DNA of 60,000 nucleotides from Lytechinus pictus (lineage: Eukaryota): NCBI RefSeq assembly GCF_037042905.1, contig NC_087246.1:6202001-6262000 (forward strand), in the 5' to 3' direction. Of this stretch, positions 40,401-49,400 are shown piece after piece (within the stretch, counting starts at the first letter, position 1; each line of letters opens with the position of its first letter). Position numbers and translations under genes: made by a program. The notes below the pieces were generated by a model, which was given only the letters and a program-made list of their open reading frames with translations, was not told the origin of the DNA and searched no databases.

Positions 40401-43400
40401 CATGAAAGAAGTGCAATATTCATGATATCTATTTTAAAGTATTTGACTTACATTTTGTTTCATCTCATGTTACTTAATTATTACTATTTTCAATACAATT
40501 TATTTATTCTATTCCCCTACTCCATTTCATATCCAGTATGCCCAACAAAAAATAAATCAGGTTTTGTTAGTTGGGGCTACCAGAAGAAGTGCAATGATCA
40601 TGATGACAGACGGCAGTAATTTTACAGCTTTATTTGTGAATGGCAAAGAAAGAAAAAATGTTTTAGAACACAAAAGGTTAAGTTTTATGTCTAAACTAAT
40701 GAGGTGTGGCAGAGAGAAAGATAGAGAGACAGAAAGAGACAGCGATAGAGCAGAATCGTTCACATTATTCTTACAATAATTATCTTCTGTGATAATACCT
40801 TCATGGAAAATGTTCTTCATGATACGATTGATCACAACGGTTTGAAGAAGCGACCTTTGTACAAATATTGTAACATATGAAACAGTGATTCTTGAGAGCC
40901 AACTCTTATTTCTCAATTCCATTTGAACCCGAGATTAGTTTGCCAATAATTCATGACACCAAAGTGACTTTCCTTTATAACTATGAATTTACGACTCGGC
41001 TGGGCCACTTTGCCCCTACCATGCCTACCGACGGCGAATAGGCCTACTCGAGAATCGGAAAAGCCTCATGGATAGTTCTCCGGGGTTGTCTCCCCCCCAA
41101 AAAATAAAAACTGTGGTACTTGATGAATGCAGATTTCTTATATTCCCTCTTTTCTCCCTAAATTGGGAGTTGAATGTCAAAATAAATCATTTAACATTAT
41201 TTTGTGACCGGATTGAACTCAAAGGAGCTGGTGGTTGATCTTTCGAAAAGTTCTATCATAAGCAGGACCATCATCGTCACTGTAAAACGAGTACGCTCGA
41301 TATTGGTTTACGGAGTAAAATAATTATATTGGTTGCAGGTAGATTTTAATCAGTGTTCTTTTTCCCAAATGTTTTACCCAAGAAATGTCCATGTTCCCTA
41401 TTTATCAAATTTGAGGTAAGGCTTTACGAAAGCTTTCTTACAGTACAGTGGAGAACTAAGGAAATTATTCTTAAGGGCTGCTCGAAGTATATTGATCTCT
41501 GTCTGAAAGTCAATAACTTTTTGTGTGTGTGTCTTTTTTTTAATTATTTTTTTAAAGGATGTTTTATTGTATTCTCTCAAATCAAAATACACATTCACAT
41601 TCCATAAGCAAGTTGTACAAAATATTTGAAACATGATTATAAATTATACAATAAATCCATAACAAGTATAATTATACAAATTATACATCAAACTTCAAAG
41701 ATACTGGAAATTAATACTAATGCGTTTCAGCAATTACAAAATGAAATATTAACAAGATGTATGAAATGATAAGAGAGAAAAAAAGAAAGATAAAAAGCGA
41801 TGTTCTACCTCCCAATCCTCCCCCGTCTCCAGGTTAGGAGCACCCTCCCCTTTATGCCTATACTCTACATGGAAGGGACCCCAATTCTCTGTATTGTTTT
41901 TTGTTTTTTCTGTGTTTTTGTTTATTTTGTTTTGTTTTGTGGTTTGTCTCTCGTTGTATATATATACCTTTGCCTCACTCTCCCAATATATTCTTTTAAT
42001 TAAGATTTTCTATACATTGTAATCGACTATGCTATTATGATAAAATCGATGACGAAGTATTTAGGTTTTTAATACTTTTTTGACAACTTTTTTCTCAATT
42101 AAGAGGATTAGGCCTAGTGTACACTTCTTTGAGACCATACCACCCATTATTAACCATGATTTTCTTTGTAAAAATATTCATTATAATTTTTCTATATGTT
42201 AACACATTCTTTTCTCGATGCAATGATATTTTTTTCTTATATGATTTTTTTTTAGTTTGACTAGCAGAGATTGCAATTTATTTTTTTTATTTTACTATTA
42301 CTATCTTTCGTTTATTTTATATATATACATGTTTGTAATTCTATGTGTTTTATGTTATGCAGGGCCCCTTGTAAAACAATATTTAAATTACTGATGGGGC
42401 TACCCTGTTGAAATAAAACTAAATAAATAAGTAAATAAATATTTATTGTGAAGGAATTTTACCGTATGTTATGAGCGCATAAACGAAACCACAACAAAAA
42501 CAAGTATAAGATAAACAATCCAATTTCGGTTACTTTTCCAATTGCCTTTCAAAGCGGAATGTAATATCAATGATTCTGTATGTCATGTATCCTTCTGCAA
42601 AAAAATTGCATCAAGACATTAAAATGATTTAATACATGGAATGTGGTACCATATTCTTCAAATGCGATGACTGGGTTACTGCTTCGAATAATAACGTTTA
42701 AAAGTTATCAAAACACGGAAATAACGGTAGATATACACCATATATCTTCGAGTCGTTTATAATGAGGACTTTTTTAAAATGAAACATGAACTTTCTTTCC
42801 AGTTTGTGGGATGTGGTTGAGAATACGAGAAAACACTGGTAATTTTCTATTTTCGTTGTTTTACTATACTTTCGAGGAATAGGGGGATAATTCGTATTCC
42901 TGAATTTCATTTCTTTTGGGGTGGGATGTGGACAGGTATGGGTTATGAATTGAAGTAGATATCAACAAGTAAATCAAAGAGTTCGGAAGACATATTTAGA
43001 GCAAGATGTTGATCCGATGTGGCGGATTAGAATTAAACACTACATTCTAAAATCAAGATTTGATATTTTTGAGGTTATTACAGTATATACAGATAATAAT
43101 ATCAAGTTTTGAATATTGTTTTTAGGTCAACTGTGTCTCCCGGGTGCAAGAATAATGACACGTAACTTTCATCGCTATGACTCTGATGGAAGAGTTGCTA
43201 TTATATATTTGTGCACGAGTAAAAATAAGGATAATAAAAATGAAATTGGAGAACAAGACGATGGAATTTTCGTGGATGTTTCCTCTGACATAAATAATAT
43301 CTACACGTTTATTCCAGTTTCATATTGCCTCAAGGGGACTCGAGAAAACTACTTTCTTCTTATCATGCTTATTGTCACGAACTTGCAATGTTGGAAGCGA

Positions 43401-46400
43401 CTGGGTGTAACATTCAAATTTTCAAAGTGAAACCTTTGAAGAGAATAATTAAGAAGTGGTGAAGCGTTTTTGATACACATGATCACTGTATGTACCGATC
43501 TAAGTTTTTCGTCACTTTACGAACAAACCGAATAGAGCGACAAAGGAACTGGCCACAGTTTATTCTAACTGTTTAGGATTGGCTGTATAATTTCATTTTA
43601 AAAGTCTAGCCATCAACATAAAATTTTGAAAATAAATTTGCATTTTTTTTTTTACTTGACCATACAAGATAAAAAATGATTCATGAAATAGCCCTTAGTT
43701 GGTTACGAAACTCTGACGCAATCATTTAAAAAAATTCACCCCTATTAAGTTAAATCCCAATATATGGTATTGGACGGTATATGTTTAGTTCATGCACATT
43801 ATGTAAGTGGACATTAAAAATGATTGCATTCATGATAAATAATTATATCAATATATTGATATTGCCGCGCGACACCCCTCCCCTCCGGTTCCACTAAATG
43901 CAAGTCTTTAGTTTTTTTTTTTCTGGTGAATATGATGTGTTTTACCTTCGTCAGATTTGCTGTTCCAACATATAGGTTCACGGTATCTTACTGGTATATT
44001 CAAACTTGTTTTGTACATATACTGTACATGAACTTGATCACATCGAAAGCGGAGTATATAAATATAGACCAATATCTTATTGAGGCATTCGCAAAATTTC
44101 GTAATTCGAGTCAGATGACAAGAATGCGGTCATATCCTTTAACGAGTTATCCTGGTACGTGATCTTCTGATCAGCTTTTCATATCATTAAAACACAGATA
44201 ACTTTGAAAGATGACTAATCTCATGGTGATTCATACTTTCTTCATCATATCAATTTAGTACAAATCAAATAACTTTGTTGGGGAAATCCCAAAGAGAGAG
44301 GGAGAGAGAGGGAGGTTATTTCGATATTTAATACCACGTGACTCTGACCATGCTGACCATGGACCTATAGTAGGTCCATGCTCTGACGTAATAATGAAAC
44401 AGAAATGTTCATGCTACTCATTTTGTGATTCCTTTTCCCCCTTCCCTTTTGGTTTTAACATTTTGGGCACGTATGTTACTCTGCCGTTTCAGCACAAATC
44501 AAAAGATAATTAATATATTTTTTCAGTGTACAAAGAAATCAATGATCTTGATCCAAAGGTTGGAAAGTAGTAAACATTTTCGGAATTCTAATGTTAGTCT
44601 CATCCGAATGACCACAAATACTTGTCCAAAAATCTTTAAAACAAATAATGTGGTGGCTAGATTACACTATCTTAGACAATTACAACTTTGCAGTCAATGA
44701 ATTCAATTGAAAGTCTTTTTGATTTCTCCAGGTCTAAATCAAGAAAGTATGACGTAGAATGATGTTTATAAACCCTTCAGGTTGGGTATTTTGGGGGCTA
44801 TGCGGAAGATCGGGTCAACAATGTTCTAACTGATGAAGACAAACAAGCTTTTAGTAAGTAAGGATCAACAAAAAGATCAGAACCAATACCACTTGTAGGA
44901 ACACAGAACCCTTGGAGATATCTGCCTGCTCACGCGCACAGACGCACGTAATCATGGGTGTTTGGGACATTCTTCCACAAACATGACAATTAAAATCATC
45001 AAAATTTCCGAAATTCCTGTATCAAAAAGACAGCGAAGTGACCATATCTAATGAAATATTTTACCGATAATGTTTAGGAAATGGTGCGAGATTTCACATT
45101 TTAATAATGACAAAACGTGTTTACAAAAATAAAAAGATTACAGTTCACTTGAGCGAAGCGAGTAGTTTGCATATTTTCAAGCTTATTTTGCGAACAATCG
45201 ATGTTAAACGCTTTGATGTACCGTCCAAAGTTTCAAAAGGGATAAATTCCGAAAAAAAATGATATTGATTAAGTAAAATACGGGAATATATTAATTTTCT
45301 CAAATTTCCACATTTCATGCGTAATTTTGAGCCACTCATAAGTCTATCACATATTAGATCGAATTCTTTGCTATATGATATGATCATGAATCCAAACTTT
45401 GAACTCTATCAACTGCCCTCTACTTCACCTGCACCTGCATTGCACCTACTTGATCAATGAAAAAAGACATTTATGAACCATTTTTACGAGGCCGCCATCA
45501 TTTTCAAGCTTAACCGCTCACGATGGCGGTCTCCTGCATTCGTTAAAACTGTTATTTTCTTTCAATTGAATAATGCTTCTTTTTTATATATATTTTTCAT
45601 TGCTTTATTATGACTATTGTTTTATTGTTTTGAAAAACTTAAATATATCACCTTTGTAGATGTTAAGTTGCATATTTATCTTGAATGCAGAAATAAAAAT
45701 AAATCAATCAATCTCGAGATTAATTAAAACACGATCGATGTATTAGGAAGATATACGGTTGATGAAGAATGTTTATAAAAACATAAATAAAAAAACTTCC
45801 TGAAACCGAATATGTAATCGTGCTCTTTCAATCTAATAAACCTTCAAATATTGCAATGAAAACGGCTAAATGTTGCATTCTTAATAAATTCATCATAATG
45901 AAGTTTTGTAAAAATTGGGGCCTCTAAGATTAAAAAAAAACTACGGTTTGTTTGATATTGATAACTAACATGACTATTTAATAATTACTAATGCTCCGTG
46001 CCAGGCTTTCCTGCCCATTCCGTATCGAACATATGACATTGATCAATGGCCCGATTGATTCTGAACACAATTTTTAGACCATGATTGAAACTAAATATTC
46101 AATTTCTTAAATGGAGAACTGATCATGCATGTCTTATGAAATAGAAATCCGACATTTATACGCGTAAAAATGGCATCATATCCCGCCACATCAAACGCTT
46201 GAAGAAAATCTGTCAACAATTTAGGAATGAAGATATCAAGTCTTTTGATCTCTTGGACAAACTCGACATTTCTGTTTGTTTTCCTCTTTTGGCGTGTGCG
46301 AACCTTCGTGTTTGAGTGTAACGTCTTAATAATGTCCCCATTGCACTATGTCACGCTTTTTGATGGGGAGGTGGGGGGGGGGGGGGGGGCGGGCATACAT

Positions 46401-49400
46401 TTCAATGTGTGCAGGCACCTTTTTGTGCACACAGTGGTGTAAACTGGTAGGGCATTGAAATAATTGGAAATGGAAACGATGCCCCTATCTATGGGCACAA
46501 AACGGGTTGAACTTGCGACAAACAGATCGGATCTGGCTAACGTGTGTTTCTAGGCAACGATAAACAAGTTAATGACCTAACATTACAGAAGACATACAAT
46601 AAGAATTGGGACCAGACAGTGAAGGCTGGATAGAAAGAGAAAAGGATATCCAACAGGTTTCACCCATATTGTCAATTATTGGCCTTATTAGACAATACGA
46701 ATATTTCTGAGAGGCCAATTTACAGTCATTGTTAAAAGAGATCAGTGTGACATAAAGATGATTTGTTAAAAGAAATTTGAGTTCAATTTCAAATCAAGGA
46801 CAAAGTCCTAAATCGAGCGTATGTTTTTCATTTAATAAACCGTCCCGCAACGCCTAAATTTATACGCTAGAGTTGCCGACTTACGCTTTATTTTAAAGTT
46901 TATTATAAAAAGAGGACATTACCCATGCATAGTTAAATATGTTAAAGTGCAGCAGACCTTGATATTTTTATTTTTTGTTGTATAATTTCTAATTCAATTT
47001 TGTTTGTACATTTCAAATTTTCTACAGTGAAAGCGCTTTGATATAGATCTCATGAAGAGCGCTATACCATTTCTGCTTGAAAGTAGGTCATCGATTATCG
47101 ATCTAACAATTGTGCCGTGGCCGAGTGGTCTAGGCGCCTGGCTATACATGGAAAGTCAGGGGTTCGATCCCCGGCCGCGGCACCTATGCCCTTGAGCAAG
47201 GCATTTAATCTACAATGCTCTTTTATCCTGCTTTCAAATAAATGGAAATGCTATATGCATTATTTGTAACTAGGTGTGCACTTGTTTAAAAAAAACCAAT
47301 GAAATCATTGTGACGACATACCACTAATAAAATGAATAGAAATGTCATCCTTGGGTCAGTGCTGGTGAGCGGTCAGCTAAGGTCGTACTAGATCGATTGG
47401 CTTTGCACTCGTTACATGATCATTACTAGCAAGCATGGCAAGGGCTATCATCACGAATTATGGTGTAGCTGATGTTTTGTTGTTGTTCTTGTTCAAATAA
47501 AAAATAAATGATGAATCGATCTGTATATTTTTAAGTCGTGTTCACGCTATTTTAATTACAATAGCTCACGTGCATTATAAAAGTTCCGATCACCACAAGC
47601 GTTCTCAGGCATACATAATAGGCACGAATGCACGATGGCACGTACTATCTTCGAATTCGAGAAGAAATAATAATAATAAGATTTTATTTACCCAGGGTAG
47701 CCACTTCAGTTAGCGAATTTCTATACCAGCGGGCCCTGCATAACAAAATGATTACCTTTCTCCTATCTAGCAAGAAGGCAGAAGGTCCCATGTTTACAAG
47801 TTCATGGAATGACTCGCCCGAGGATCGAACCCACGAACTCTCGTTCAGGAGGCGAGGCGGACGCAGGGAAAAAAGGGTGGAATGAAAAGAGTGGTATCGA
47901 AAGAAGGGGTTGTAGTAAGTTATTATAGATAAAACTAAACACAATTTGTTCTTGTTTCTGATCTACGACTTCTTGTTATGACAAACCTGTGATTGTTATG
48001 ATAGTTGGAAACTAATTCGAATTTAGCCTAGGCCTATAGGGCCTATCATCTATTCCATATTGTTTTTTTTTCTTTCTTATATTTTTTTAAATTTTACTTG
48101 TAAATAATACAATCTATCGCAGCCAGGTCACAGTATTCAAATCACATATTGTATAAGCGTAAATCTCTATTGCTCTGATATACTATTACTCTAATATTGG
48201 TACTCTGAGTTACCAATATTATTTACCTAGTTCCCTGCAGCAGGGGAGCGCCAAAGAAATAATGAAGAAAAAATAGAATAACACAAATAAAGAATAAAGA
48301 AAAATATATTATATGTTTAACAAAATATATATATGTAAATTGATTTAATAAATATTTATATATATATATATTCAATTTTCTTACAAATTCATTCATTTCA
48401 TTTTTCTTCGCAAAATGGTATTTTCTCTTCATTCGCGTATGTAATTAAGTATGCACATATTACATTTCTCTATTCATTTATCTAAACGTTAAGTTTGCGT
48501 ATTGTGCTGTTAATATGTACACTTTTGCTAACAATCGTGTACAGAGACAGGGAGAAATAATTGTGATGATGAATGAATGAATAAATCGAAGCGTAAATTA
48601 TTAAAGAGAGATAGAGGGGGGCAGAGAACGTTGGAGAGAGAAGGTGGGACGCTCATTCGAAATTGTTACCTATTGTCGTGATGGTTGTCCATTGTCGGCG
48701 AAAGGTACCCAATAAAAGCAAGCCGAGATGTTAAACTACGTCCGATGCATTTTTTGTGCATTGAAAGACTTAATCCTTGCGTGAAAAATATTGGTAGAAA
48801 TCATTTATTCCGCCGATTCTATTCAGTTTCTATGATTTCTTGTATAACCCCTATATCTATTTAAATCACAATTCCCAACTAAGCTTTAGTGATATCAATT
48901 CATATTCACAAAAAATGAAATAGTTCATTTCAGGTGTCGTTTGCACTATATTTTTTTTCCCGAGAGTACAACTCTAATTGAGGTGTGCCGTGACCGTCAC
49001 GCCATTTTATTTTATTTTCTTCTTTATCACCTTTTTTTATCGTTTTAAGTTCTATTTATTTATCTTTTTTATTCTTTAATCAATTATTTTTTTTATTTTT
49101 TTTAATTTTATCTTATTATATTTATTTCATTTTTCTTTTTAAATTTCAATGTTATTATTATCATTATTTTTTTTTTTTTTGGGGGGGTGGTTATATGCCG
49201 TGAACAGGTTAATGCTATACAATATATAGAATACAATAGATAGATAGATAGATACAATAGATGTGTTTAGAAATTTAAACATCTTTTTTTTTTACATCTT
49301 TTAAATCAATTCGGATGTTTTTGTTGTTGTAATAAATAATTTTAAAAATACATTGATTTCTTTAATTCTTTTTGGTATCGCCGGTGAAATGTGCTTGAAT

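Noticed and set aside
47112..47185. tRNA gene
   Set aside because: The anticodon arm is not canonical and the sequence continues into a CORE-like SINE body with an A tail, so it is a SINE head
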